64,000 bases of DNA. Origin: Ignavibacteriota bacterium (GTDB taxonomy: Bacteria; Bacteroidota; Ignavibacteria; UBA10030; UBA6906). Positions within the stretch are counted from its first letter, which is position 1, and every line of letters begins with the position of its first letter. The translations under genes and the position numbers were made by a program. Shown here piece by piece: positions 47,021 through 56,062 of the stretch. The notes beneath the pieces are model-generated. The model worked only from the letters and a program-made list of their open reading frames with translations, had not been told where the DNA came from and made no database searches. Where the stretch lies: positions 324,669-388,668 of the forward strand of contig CAWJKM010000002.1 of NCBI GenBank assembly GCA_963843525.1, read 5' to 3'.

Positions 47021-47417
47021 GAGAAGTGCCGTCTCGTTCCAGCACCAGGAGCTTTCGGGGAAGGTGACGAGGCGGCACGTGAGCCGGCCGCAGGGAAACA
47101 CATGAAACAGGAGGTCCAGCGAGGGTGGAGTGTATTGCACCCGCGCAAAGGGCAAAGCATTCATCCCTGACGAAAACGCCACACCAGCCCACCCCTTGGT
47201 ATTCTCACCCCTTGAGATCGCGTCAGTAAAAGTGAGTCCACGAGCTGTTCCGGTGAAGGATCACGCGCACTGTTTGGTTTTCTGTGCAGTCGACCTTATG
47301 ACTAGACGGTTGCGTACCGGCAGGTCTTCCTTTTTCATCAGTTTTCCTTTAAATTTGTGGCATAATGATTGGAGAAGTAGTGAGAGGTAATAGTTTCGAC
47401 CTCCCAAAAGGTGAATC

Positions 47418-48620
47418 ATGAGACGACTCTCTATTCTTCTCTCGCTGGTGGTGCTCACGAGTGCTCTTGCTTCCGCACAACCCGGAGCGGCAGGAGTTTC
47501 GTTCGGCGTTTTCTACTCTTCTCTCGGATCGTATGGCGAGTGGCTCCACGTCAGTGGAGGCGTCTACGCCTGGCACCCCGAAGGGGTGCACGCGGGGTGG
47601 AGACCGTATCTCGACGGACGATGGCTTTGGACAGACGACGGTTGGTTCTGGTCATCGGAGGAGCCGTGGGGATGGGCGACGTACCACTACGGCAGATGGT
47701 ATTTCGACGATTACTATGGCTGGGTCTGGGTCCCGGGCTATGAGTGGGCGCCCGCCTGGGTGGAGTGGAGATATGGTGGAGGGTGTGTTGGATGGGCACC
47801 GCTCAGTCCCTATGCTCTGTTTTCTGCCGGGTGGGGGATTCACTATACCGCACATTGGAACACTCCCTTCTCCTACTGGACGTTCGTCGATTGCAGGTAT
47901 ATCAATCGTCCCTTCATCAACGATTACGCATATCGGGGGGAGGACAATTCACGATGGATCGGTCGGACGCGCGGAGCCGGAAGCATCGGCTTTGACGGAG
48001 GGCGGATCATCACGCGCGGACCGGGTCGTGACTACGTCGAGAGGACAGGAAACATCCGCGTTCAAAGAACGGACCTGGTTCCTGTCGATGACCATCGGGG
48101 AGAGCGCCTCGTTCGCGGGCCCAACGGGAGAGAACAGATTCACGTGTATCGTCCTCCCATCGACGGGAGAGCGAACCGCGAAGGCGAATTGCGTCCGTCG
48201 CGCGTCCGCGCCACCGATCATCCCTTCTCTCTTGATTTCCGTCAGACGGATATCGGCCGTCGGGATGTTGCCCGTGACCAGGGACGGGACCTCCGCCGGG
48301 CAGAGGAATATCGGCGCCGGCAATTTGAGACCACCTCGCCGGGGGCTGCAAGGCCTGAAGAACATCGTCTCTCTCCTGCCCCTGCGCCCGGCGGAAGAAA
48401 TACGACCCGCGGCTGGATGGACAATCGCCAGCGAAACCCGGGGAAAGAAGTCCTGCGCGCTCCGGATCAGCGGCGCGAGCCGATCGAACGATCTCCGCGG
48501 ATCGAGCGGAAAGAAGTGAAACCGGAACGAACAGTCCGACCGCCGGCGGAGCACCGGTCGCAGCCGTCTCGTGACGGCGACCGCACAACCGGTCACGGAC
48601 GGGGTGGAAACAGGCGCTAG
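47418..48620 (+). CDS. Secreted YXWGXW-repeat protein with long R/E/D-rich disordered C-terminal tail
   Basis: Signal peptide MRRLSILLSLVVLTSALASAQ. Trp/Tyr/Gly-rich repeats (YGRWYFDDYYGWVWVPGYEWAPAWVEWRY), consistent with the YXWGXW repeat family. The last 200 aa are RDxR low complexity. Confidence 0.6.
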   Translation: MRRLSILLSLVVLTSALASAQPGAAGVSFGVFYSSLGSYGEWLHVSGGVYAWHPEGVHAGWRPYLDGRWLWTDDGWFWSSEEPWGWATYHYGRWYFDDYYGWVWVPGYEWAPAWVEWRYGGGCVGWAPLSPYALFSAGWGIHYTAHWNTPFSYWTFVDCRYINRPFINDYAYRGEDNSRWIGRTRGAGSIGFDGGRIITRGPGRDYVERTGNIRVQRTDLVPVDDHRGERLVRGPNGREQIHVYRPPIDGRANREGELRPSRVRATDHPFSLDFRQTDIGRRDVARDQGRDLRRAEEYRRRQFETTSPGAARPEEHRLSPAPAPGGRNTTRGWMDNRQRNPGKEVLRAPDQRREPIERSPRIERKEVKPERTVRPPAEHRSQPSRDGDRTTGHGRGGNRR

Positions 48621-48725
48621 TGCCATACCAGCCAATGACGGTTGGAGTGACCGTGCAAACGATCATCGGTGGGGCACCGGTCGTGCAGGGTTTTTCGCAG
48701 TGCGCTCAGCCAAGGTGGTTCTCGC

Positions 48726-49094
48726 ATGCAAATTCGGAAGCAGCTGCACGTCATCGGCGACCGGATTCTTCTCCAGCTGGATGACGAGAGCGACAAGACA
48801 AAGTCCGGCCTTTATCTTCCCGTCTCCGTGCGAGAAAAGGAAAAGGTCGCAACGGGAAAAGTGATCAAGGTGGGTCCGGGTTTCGCCATCCCCAATCCGA
48901 ACTACACTGATGACGAACCCTGGTCCTCTCCGAAGGATCCCATCCGATACATTCCCCTCCAGGTCAGAGAAGGGGATTATGCGATCTTTCTTCGCGAACA
49001 GGCCATCGAAGTCGAATTTGAAGAGAACAAATACTTCATCGTGAATCAGGCGGCAGTTCTGATGATCGAACGGAACGAGCTGAAAGAAGAATAG
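48726..49094 (+). CDS. GroES/Cpn10-like co-chaperonin-fold protein (orphan; no groEL nearby; insertion in roof hairpin)
   Basis: MQIRKQLHVIGDRILLQLDDESDKTKSGLYLPVSVREKEKVATGKVIKVGPG aligns with GroES [46 protein letters not shown]. 122 aa, versus about 95 for GroES. Confidence 0.5.
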   Translation: MQIRKQLHVIGDRILLQLDDESDKTKSGLYLPVSVREKEKVATGKVIKVGPGFAIPNPNYTDDEPWSSPKDPIRYIPLQVREGDYAIFLREQAIEVEFEENKYFIVNQAAVLMIERNELKEE

Positions 49095-49184
49095 AGGGTG
49101 GGAGATCGTGGGGAGACAAGACGGGGAAGAAAGCACCGCAAGGACTTTCTTCCCCGTTTCCTTTTCGCAGAATCACCGGAGGGC

Positions 49185-50243
49185 TTACGCCACAGTGATT
49201 TCTTTCGTGAGATACACATCCTGAATCGCATTCAGCAGCTTCGCACCCTCCGCCATCGGACGTTGGAAAGCTTTTCGACCGCTGATGAGACCAGTCCCCC
49301 CGGCGCGTTTGTTAATAACCGCAGTCTTCACCGCCTCTGCAAGATCGCTCTCGCCCGACGATGCGCCGCCTGAATTGATCAAACCGGCGCGTCCCATATA
49401 GCAATTGGCGACCTGGTACCGGGTGAGGTCGATGGGATGATCGGATGTGAGCTCTGAATAGACTTTCTTGTGGGTCTTGCCAAAATTCAACGCGGTGAAC
49501 CCGCCGTTGTTCTCCGGAAGCTTCTGCTTGATAATGTCGGCCTCGATCGTTACCCCGAGGTGGTTCGCCTGTCCTGTCAGGTCAGCCGACACATGATAAT
49601 CCTTCTCCTTCGTCTTGAAGGCGTTGTTCCGGGTGTAGCACCAGAGAACGGTTGCCATCCCCCTCTCATGCGCGTAGGCGAACGCCTTGCTTACCTCCTG
49701 AATCTGTCGTTTCGACTCGGCTGATCCGAAATAGATTGTTGCGCCGACTGCGACGGCACCCATGTCCCATGCCTGGTCAATGGTTCCGAACAGAATCTGA
49801 TCGTAGGTATTGGGATACGAAAGAAACTCGTTGTGGTTGATCTTCACGATGAAGGGAATCTTGTGCGCGTACTTGCGCGCGACGGATCCGAGAACTCCGA
49901 ACGTGGAGGCCACCGCATTGCATCCCCCCTGGATCGCCAATTTCACAATGTTTTCGGGATCAAAATACATCGGGTTGGGGGCAAACGACGCGCCCGCCGA
50001 ATGTTCAATACCCTGGTCAACAGGGAGAATCGAGAGATACCCTGTACCGGAGAGCCGCCCGGTCGAAAAAAGCGAATGAAGACTTCGCAGCACCATGGGC
50101 TTGCGGTCTGATTGGATGAAAATGCGGTCAACAAAATCTGGTCCGGGGAGGTGGAGGGTCTCTTTGGGTATCCCCTTGCACTGGTGATCGAGAAGAGTCC
50201 TGGCATCAGTGCCTAGCAGGGACTCGATTTCCTTCATGGTCAT
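49185..50243 (-). CDS. fbaB: Class I fructose-bisphosphate aldolase (FbaB/DhnA type)
   Basis: Near-colinear high identity to E. coli FbaB across the protein ([46 protein letters not shown] with the Schiff-base Lys region, [15 protein letters not shown]). Confidence 0.9.
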   Translation of the reverse strand: MTMKEIESLLGTDARTLLDHQCKGIPKETLHLPGPDFVDRIFIQSDRKPMVLRSLHSLFSTGRLSGTGYLSILPVDQGIEHSAGASFAPNPMYFDPENIVKLAIQGGCNAVASTFGVLGSVARKYAHKIPFIVKINHNEFLSYPNTYDQILFGTIDQAWDMGAVAVGATIYFGSAESKRQIQEVSKAFAYAHERGMATVLWCYTRNNAFKTKEKDYHVSADLTGQANHLGVTIEADIIKQKLPENNGGFTALNFGKTHKKVYSELTSDHPIDLTRYQVANCYMGRAGLINSGGASSGESDLAEAVKTAVINKRAGGTGLISGRKAFQRPMAEGAKLLNAIQDVYLTKEITVA

Positions 50244-50666
50244 TGCGCTTCTCCTGGTGAGATGTAATTATTCGATTGCGATGGAAAAGACTCAACGTAA
50301 AATATACTGAAATTGCACAGAAAGGGAAAGGATTTCTCCGACGCAGGGGTCTCCGACTGAAAGAAGATATCATTTTCGACTCAAGCTCGCAAATATTCGC
50401 TCTTCTCAACGAAGGGGCAAATCGCTCTTGATTTTCTTCTTGAGGGAACCTATCTTTTTGCGTAGTCCATGTACACCGCTTCTTTTGCCCTTAATGGTTC
50501 CGTTGCTGAAGAGAGAAGTTCCCTGACGGTGAACACTCGCATCAACGGTGGGTGCTGGAGGACTTTGCGCAGTCGGTTGCCTATTAAGTCGCAATGAACT
50601 CGGTGCCCCCTGCGGGCGGCATTGCCGTACGAGTCCAGGAACATCTCACAGCGAAGGAACAGTCCC

Positions 50667-50867
50667 ATGGAGACGGGAGTGGTAAAATGGTTTAATGCCA
50701 CAAAAGGCTTTGGCTTCATTCAACGCTCTTCGGGAGAGGATGTTTTCGTGCACTACAAAGCGATCAATGGTGAAGGCTATCGGACTCTCAACGAAGGTGA
50801 CAAGGTACAATTTGAAGTAGAAAACGGACCGAAAGGGCTTCAGGCGCACAACGTCAGCAAGGTGTAG
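50667..50867 (+). CDS. Cold-shock protein (CspA family)
   Basis: [18 protein letters not shown] (RNP1) and DVFVHY (RNP2). 66 aa. A roughly 420-nt AT-richer 5' leader separates it from fbaB. Confidence 0.9.
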   Translation: METGVVKWFNATKGFGFIQRSSGEDVFVHYKAINGEGYRTLNEGDKVQFEVENGPKGLQAHNVSKV

Positions 50868-51108
50868 ACCGGCGTACCTTTGCGCCTGACACCTCTCTCT
50901 CCCCGGGCAGCTCCGGGGGCAGTTCATCTTCGAACACCGGGAGTTGCGTCCCGGCGTAATGATGTCGGGAACGCAGGGTGTTCGCTGTTCGTCCTCCGCC
51001 AAGGGAAGACCTTCACCTTAAGGTTCGAATATTACGGAGTGTGAGTTGATTGTCAGGTAAGTTGCGCATCTCGCACCGTATCTCTGAGTGATAGCGTCCG
51101 TTGTGGAC

Positions 51109-51139
51109 GGCCCCGGCTCTCAACCGGGGTATTTTTTTT
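51109..51139 (+). terminator. Intrinsic terminator hairpin 12 nt upstream of the CN-hydrolase start codon
   Basis: ccccgg-ctctcaa-ccgggg followed by TATTTTTTTT. It is either the cspA terminator or part of an attenuator/leader for the downstream gene. Confidence 0.6.
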
Positions 51140-51151
51140 GTCAAGGTCGGC

Positions 51152-51895
51152 ATGAAAATTCGCATCGCCCTGCGTCACCATCCAAGGATTCTGGAGGAAG
51201 AGAGTCGACCTTCCGCCGACGTCATCGTTTTCCCCGAACTCGTCGATGGCGGGTATGCGGCACTCGCAAACGGGAATCCACCACATACGATTGATGATGA
51301 ATACTTGAAACGGTTTGCCGCCGCTTCGAGCGAGCTTTCCACCGTAATAGTCGCGGGGTCGGTCCGGCTCAAGAATGGCCGTCGCGGGTGCACCAACTCG
51401 TCGCTGATGTTTTCCCGGGGGAAGTGTGTGCATCGGTACGACAAGATCCACCTCTTTCATCCCACGGGCGACCATACGTATTTTACTCCCGGTCGGAGAG
51501 CCGATACGGTGCGCGTTGCGATTGGGGGAAAGAATATCCGTATTGGAGTGGTTATCTGTTTCGACCTCCGTTTTCCGGAGTTGATGCGTTCTCTTGCCTT
51601 CCGGGGGATGGACCTGCTGGTTGTCCCTGCCCGTTGGCCTGCTCAACGGGCGGAAGCATGGAAAACGCTGCTCCGTGCGCGGGCAATTGAGAATCAAGTG
51701 TTTGTCGCGGGATGCAATGCTTCCGGTCCGGAAGGGGGACCTTCGTTCGTCTTCGGCCCCACCGGGGTCCCGGTTCCGCAGGTACGCCCGGCCCAATCGG
51801 GTGCCGGCTACTTCACGCTCGACTTTGATGCGATCCGCAGCGCGAAGAAGCTCTATAATACTCTCCGCGAAGCGCGCTGGCACGGAAGGAAATGA
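51152..51895 (+). CDS. Carbon-nitrogen hydrolase (nitrilase superfamily)
   Basis: Catalytic E-K-C triad context: VFPE (Glu), RYDKIHLF (Lys), VVICFDLRFPE (Cys). Confidence 0.8.
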   Translation: MKIRIALRHHPRILEEESRPSADVIVFPELVDGGYAALANGNPPHTIDDEYLKRFAAASSELSTVIVAGSVRLKNGRRGCTNSSLMFSRGKCVHRYDKIHLFHPTGDHTYFTPGRRADTVRVAIGGKNIRIGVVICFDLRFPELMRSLAFRGMDLLVVPARWPAQRAEAWKTLLRARAIENQVFVAGCNASGPEGGPSFVFGPTGVPVPQVRPAQSGAGYFTLDFDAIRSAKKLYNTLREARWHGRK

Positions 51896-51931
51896 GAAGA
51901 GGGTGCGGTGGTGGGGGAGCGCACGGTGCGA

Positions 51932-52378
51932 TCATTGTTGTCGGGTGTATTCCCGTGAGGCCACCGTGTGGATACCGCCGCGGATTTTGTAGTCGGTGAC
52001 CACTTTCATCCACTTGGGGTTCGCGCAGCGGACAAGATCCTCAAGGAGACGGTTTACCAGGTGTTCTTGGTAGATGCCGACATTGCGGAAGGAAAAGAGA
52101 TAGTACTTCAAAGAGCGGAGTTCAATAATGGACTTGTCCGGGATATAGTGAATTCGAATGAGCGCAAAATCGGGAAGACCGGAGTAGGGACAAACCGATG
52201 TGAACTCGTCTGTATCAATGTCAATGACGATATCCTTCCCCGGATACTCGTACGGGAATGTCTCAAGGACCTTCACATCGATCGACGAGAGATCTTGTGT
52301 GTCATAGCGCCGGTCGAGTGCCTCAACCATATCGGGGACTCCGCTCTCATGAGAACTAGAGGAAAGGTATTTCGTCAT
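51932..52378 (-). CDS. queF: NADPH-dependent 7-cyano-7-deazaguanine reductase (preQ0 reductase), YkvM-type
   Basis: ETFPYEYPGKD (E(S/T)FP), TSVCPYSGLPDFALIRIHYIP (catalytic Cys) and SLKYYLFSFRN match QueF. Alternative start at ATG 52330. Confidence 0.85.
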   Translation of the reverse strand: MTKYLSSSSHESGVPDMVEALDRRYDTQDLSSIDVKVLETFPYEYPGKDIVIDIDTDEFTSVCPYSGLPDFALIRIHYIPDKSIIELRSLKYYLFSFRNVGIYQEHLVNRLLEDLVRCANPKWMKVVTDYKIRGGIHTVASREYTRQQ

Positions 52379-52916
52379 GGCAATATATAAGCTTGGGAAG
52401 GAAAATCAACCGGCGTGGCGATTCTTCCTGCTGGCTGTGGCGACCGCGGGAATACTCGCGGGGTGCGCCCACCGCCCCATCTCCGGGAACGAACCCATCG
52501 AAACAGGGTGGATCGATCGAGCCGAGCTGGAACGTCCTGTCCATGCAGAGTTCAAGATCGGCTACGATACCGCTGCTGTCCAGACCCCGTTCATCCCGAT
52601 GCTTCGATCCGTTGATCAGGGGGTGAAAGTCATCGTTTTCCTCGGAACCTGGTGTCCGGACAGCCGGCGATATGTTCCCCATTTTCTCAAGGTCGCGGAC
52701 CTTGCAGGCATCCCGGAAGAGAACGTCAAGCTCTACTGTGTGGACAGGTCAAAGAAATCCAATGACGGCTTGACGGCGTCATACAAGATCGAGCTGGTGC
52801 CGACATTCATTTTTCTGAAAGGCGGGATGGAAATCGGTCGGATTGTTGAAAGCCCTCAGCTCTCGATTGAACAGGATATGCTGACGATTTTGGCTAAAAA
52901 TTCAGCGAATCCGTAG
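52377..52916 (+). CDS. Thioredoxin-fold lipoprotein (TlpA/thiol-disulfide oxidoreductase-like)
   Basis: Lipobox LAGC, then VFLGTWCPDSRRY (WCxxS/C thioredoxin motif; the second Cys is replaced by Ser). Confidence 0.65.
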   Translation: MAIYKLGKENQPAWRFFLLAVATAGILAGCAHRPISGNEPIETGWIDRAELERPVHAEFKIGYDTAAVQTPFIPMLRSVDQGVKVIVFLGTWCPDSRRYVPHFLKVADLAGIPEENVKLYCVDRSKKSNDGLTASYKIELVPTFIFLKGGMEIGRIVESPQLSIEQDMLTILAKNSANP

Positions 52917-52997
52917 GCTTGAAGCGTTGACATTCGTCACATTTTTGGATATATTTTCGTTCATCGACCACAATCTCGAACCAGGCGATAGAGTCGT

Positions 52998-55928
52998 ATG
53001 GCCCCGGACGACGGCGCGAGGCAAATCGACGAGGCACGACAGAAGCTGCTTGAGGAGATCAAGAGGCGTGCCGAGGAAGCCGAGCTTCGGCGCCTCGAAG
53101 AAGAGAATTCACCCCCGACGAAGTCTACCCGGCGCCAACGGCAGGAACGCAAACGTCGGGAGTCTGCACAACCTTCGCAACCCCCCGCGCCAGAAGCCTC
53201 CCGGCAGGACAAGGCAGAGAACGAACAATCTCCTGTCGAACCACCTGTTTCCACTTCGCCGGTCACGGGGTCTTTTGTCCCCGAGCCACCTTCAAGCGGG
53301 ATCCCTTCGATTAATTTTTCAGGTTCCGACCTCCTTGGACCTGTAACCCCTTCCCATGAGACGCCCGAATCCGGATCATTCACTGGAGACCCGGGAAAAA
53401 TTGACTCATTTGAGCCGAAACTACCTCCGGTCGAACCGCCGGCGCGCCAGGATTTTGATCGGAGCTCCTTTTTCCAGGATACTCCTCTGTCCGGGCTGAA
53501 GGAAACCGAACCACAGGTTCCCGGGCCTTTTTCGTCTGAAGATTCAGTGGCGAGACCCTCCGGCGAAGAATCGGGGGGCAGCAACCTTCCACCGATCGAT
53601 CTCTCCATTCCTTCGCCTCACGAGGAAACAAGCTCCGACGTGGATGCGCGGATAGCAGAGCTGCGAGTGGAGTTCTCCCGATCGATCGACCTTGGAAACC
53701 GTGATGCAGCCCGACAGATTCTTGACGAGTGCATGACGCTGGACATGGAGCGGAGCGAAATCACTTCGATGCAGCTGATTCTCGAGCGTCTTGAAGATGA
53801 TCTGCTCGCCACGCACCCTCCATCGACCGATGAAGGCGTTGCAGGGTTAACTGAGCCCGAGCTGCCTGTGGAGGCGGAACCTCCCGGAGTCTCTGTGTCG
53901 TCAGAACCTGAACCGCCTGCTGAACCGGCTGCAGACCCGCAGCAGATGATAGAACTCCTGCATCAGGCGGAATTCAACTATCAGCACGAGCGTTACGCTG
54001 CTGCGATGGAAACGCTCGCTTCCATTCTCAGCGTCGACCCGGGCAACGCGGACGCGCAAACTCTGATGCACGAAGTGCAGAGGGCGAATGATTTGACAGA
54101 ACGGATCGCCCAGGAAGACGCTCGCTCGCGGGAATCCCTGAGCGCTTCTCCTGCAGAGACGCCCAAACAAAAGGAGGCCCCCTCAGAGGCGGATGTGTGG
54201 GGAGCATCGGTCAGACCGTTCGACTCGACGGCCATTGAGACCCTGCCGGGACAAGAAGGACCGATGCCGGTCCGCAGACCCGCTCTGGGATCCGGCCTGT
54301 TCCCCAGACTGGCAAACTTTGCCCGTTTTCTCAGGCCGCTCGCGATCGTTGTCGGCGTCGCGGTGGTTGTCGCAGTGGGATACTATCTTGTCCGGGGTGT
54401 TTCTTCCTCCGTCGTCCCTTCGCGGGCATCGATTGTGATTCTTCCCGGCATCACGATGGGTGGCGATCCCTCTCTGGCGCAGCTTGCAGATGGATTTTCC
54501 GATGATGTCATCAGGAAACTCGGAATGGTGGCCGATCTCCAGGTGATCGCTCCCGTGTCCTCGTACGCTGCGGGCGCGTCCTCCTGGTCGCCTCCGCAAA
54601 CCGCGCGCGCTGTCGGTGCGAGCATGTGCCTGACGTGGAATTTTTCCGACGGCCCCTCGGGCTTCCAGATTCAGCAATCACTTTTCGACTCCTCCTCGTC
54701 GACGCCCATTTGGACGAAGACGATGAGTTTTCCCGATAGCAGTCTGAATGTCGAGCGGTCGGAGATATTGGACGGCTTGTTGACGGCAATCGGCGTCCAT
54801 GCCGGTGAAGAAGAGCAGGTCGCGTTGCATAAGATCCCTACGACTCGTGTCGAGGCGTACAGATCGTATCTTCGCGGACGGGCGATCGTGGGTCATCCGG
54901 ATGTCTATCCGCTCACAAATGCGATCGAGGAATTTGGACGGGCGATCGCGTTCGATTCGTTGTTTGCCGAGGCCTATGCTGCGCTCGGGTGGACGCGGAT
55001 TCTCGCTTATGAGCGTGGGGACACATCAGGGGCACAGTTGTCGGATGCCGTGGCGTGCGTCCAGCGTGCGGTCTCGCTCGGCTTCAGGAATGCAGAGACC
55101 TTCCGTGCCTGGGGCGCGATCGAACGCATTCAGGGTCATTTTGAGAAAGCGGCAGAGCGATTCGACCAGGCGACGCAAATTGCCCCCAGCGATGCGGAGG
55201 CCCGTCGACGCCTCGCGCTGGTACAGAGTATCAGGGGGCAAATCGAACAGTCGATTGCATCCGCGCAACGGGCGCGAAAAGACGATCCCCTGAATCCCGA
55301 CTCGTACATTCTCCTCGGACTCCTGCAAAAATATTCTGCGATTGCGAACGGTGACAATGCGGAGGATTTTGCCCGGGCACTGGCGACATTCCAGGCCGGA
55401 GAGCAGTATGCGAAAGACCGGAGCGACTACGCCAGCCGGTACATCGCCGTTCTTCAGTGGTATCTTCAGAGTCCCGATGACGCAGTGGCCATACTTTCCG
55501 ATCATCTTGCGAGAAGCCGCCAGAGTTACGAAAGCCTGTACATGCTCGGCCGCGTCCAGCAAGCCGCAGGTCATCCGAAACAGGAATGGCAGGACGTACT
55601 TTCGCGCTCCAAGGCGGCCCTCCAGGCAGAATTGCGGACGAAACCGGGGGACCCTGTGCTCCTTTCGTGGTTAGGACTGGTTGAAACCAGGCTCGGCGAA
55701 TTCAAAGAGGCACTCGCCGCCTCGCAACGCGCGTTGGCTACCGCTCCGCAAAATGCAAACGTGCTCTACAATACCGCCCGGTTGTACGCGCTGCAGCGAA
55801 ATTTCAATCAGGCCGTCGACTATCTTCGGAAAGCGGTTGATAGAAAATACGATCTGATTACAGTTCTTGACATGGATTTTTTCAATCTTCATGGGGATCA
55901 AGCCTACCTCAAGGCGATTGTGCGCTAA
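52998..55928 (+). CDS. Large membrane-anchored protein: about 440-aa disordered acidic/Pro-rich N-terminus, single TM, TolB-N-like module, C-terminal TPR domain
   Basis: TM helix LRPLAIVVGVAVVVAVGYYLV. Post-TM segment IVILPGITMGGDPSLAQLADGFSDDVIRKLGMVADLQVIAPVSS resembles the TolB-N-like module of CadC/adenylate-cyclase/STK-associated TPR proteins. Multiple TPR-like repeats to the C-terminus. Confidence 0.6.
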   Translation: MAPDDGARQIDEARQKLLEEIKRRAEEAELRRLEEENSPPTKSTRRQRQERKRRESAQPSQPPAPEASRQDKAENEQSPVEPPVSTSPVTGSFVPEPPSSGIPSINFSGSDLLGPVTPSHETPESGSFTGDPGKIDSFEPKLPPVEPPARQDFDRSSFFQDTPLSGLKETEPQVPGPFSSEDSVARPSGEESGGSNLPPIDLSIPSPHEETSSDVDARIAELRVEFSRSIDLGNRDAARQILDECMTLDMERSEITSMQLILERLEDDLLATHPPSTDEGVAGLTEPELPVEAEPPGVSVSSEPEPPAEPAADPQQMIELLHQAEFNYQHERYAAAMETLASILSVDPGNADAQTLMHEVQRANDLTERIAQEDARSRESLSASPAETPKQKEAPSEADVWGASVRPFDSTAIETLPGQEGPMPVRRPALGSGLFPRLANFARFLRPLAIVVGVAVVVAVGYYLVRGVSSSVVPSRASIVILPGITMGGDPSLAQLADGFSDDVIRKLGMVADLQVIAPVSSYAAGASSWSPPQTARAVGASMCLTWNFSDGPSGFQIQQSLFDSSSSTPIWTKTMSFPDSSLNVERSEILDGLLTAIGVHAGEEEQVALHKIPTTRVEAYRSYLRGRAIVGHPDVYPLTNAIEEFGRAIAFDSLFAEAYAALGWTRILAYERGDTSGAQLSDAVACVQRAVSLGFRNAETFRAWGAIERIQGHFEKAAERFDQATQIAPSDAEARRRLALVQSIRGQIEQSIASAQRARKDDPLNPDSYILLGLLQKYSAIANGDNAEDFARALATFQAGEQYAKDRSDYASRYIAVLQWYLQSPDDAVAILSDHLARSRQSYESLYMLGRVQQAAGHPKQEWQDVLSRSKAALQAELRTKPGDPVLLSWLGLVETRLGEFKEALAASQRALATAPQNANVLYNTARLYALQRNFNQAVDYLRKAVDRKYDLITVLDMDFFNLHGDQAYLKAIVR

Positions 55929-56062
55929 TCCTCCCGATTTTCCATGCCGGAGTGAGCTTTTTCCACCATTCGTTGACTTAGTATCCCTCAATGGATATAT
56001 TCCGAATGCTGAATTCTGTCTTGAATGCCCGCATCTTATCACTTCACTGACGGGAGAGGGGA

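Noticed and set aside
47461-48666. Plus-strand 352-aa and minus-strand 218-228-aa ORFs overlapping the YXWGXW gene
   Set aside because: These are alternative frames of the same GC-rich, repeat-rich region. Only the 47418 frame has a signal peptide and coherent repeat structure.
51053-51883. 276-aa minus-strand ORF
   Set aside because: Antisense to the CN-hydrolase, which has an intact E-K-C triad.
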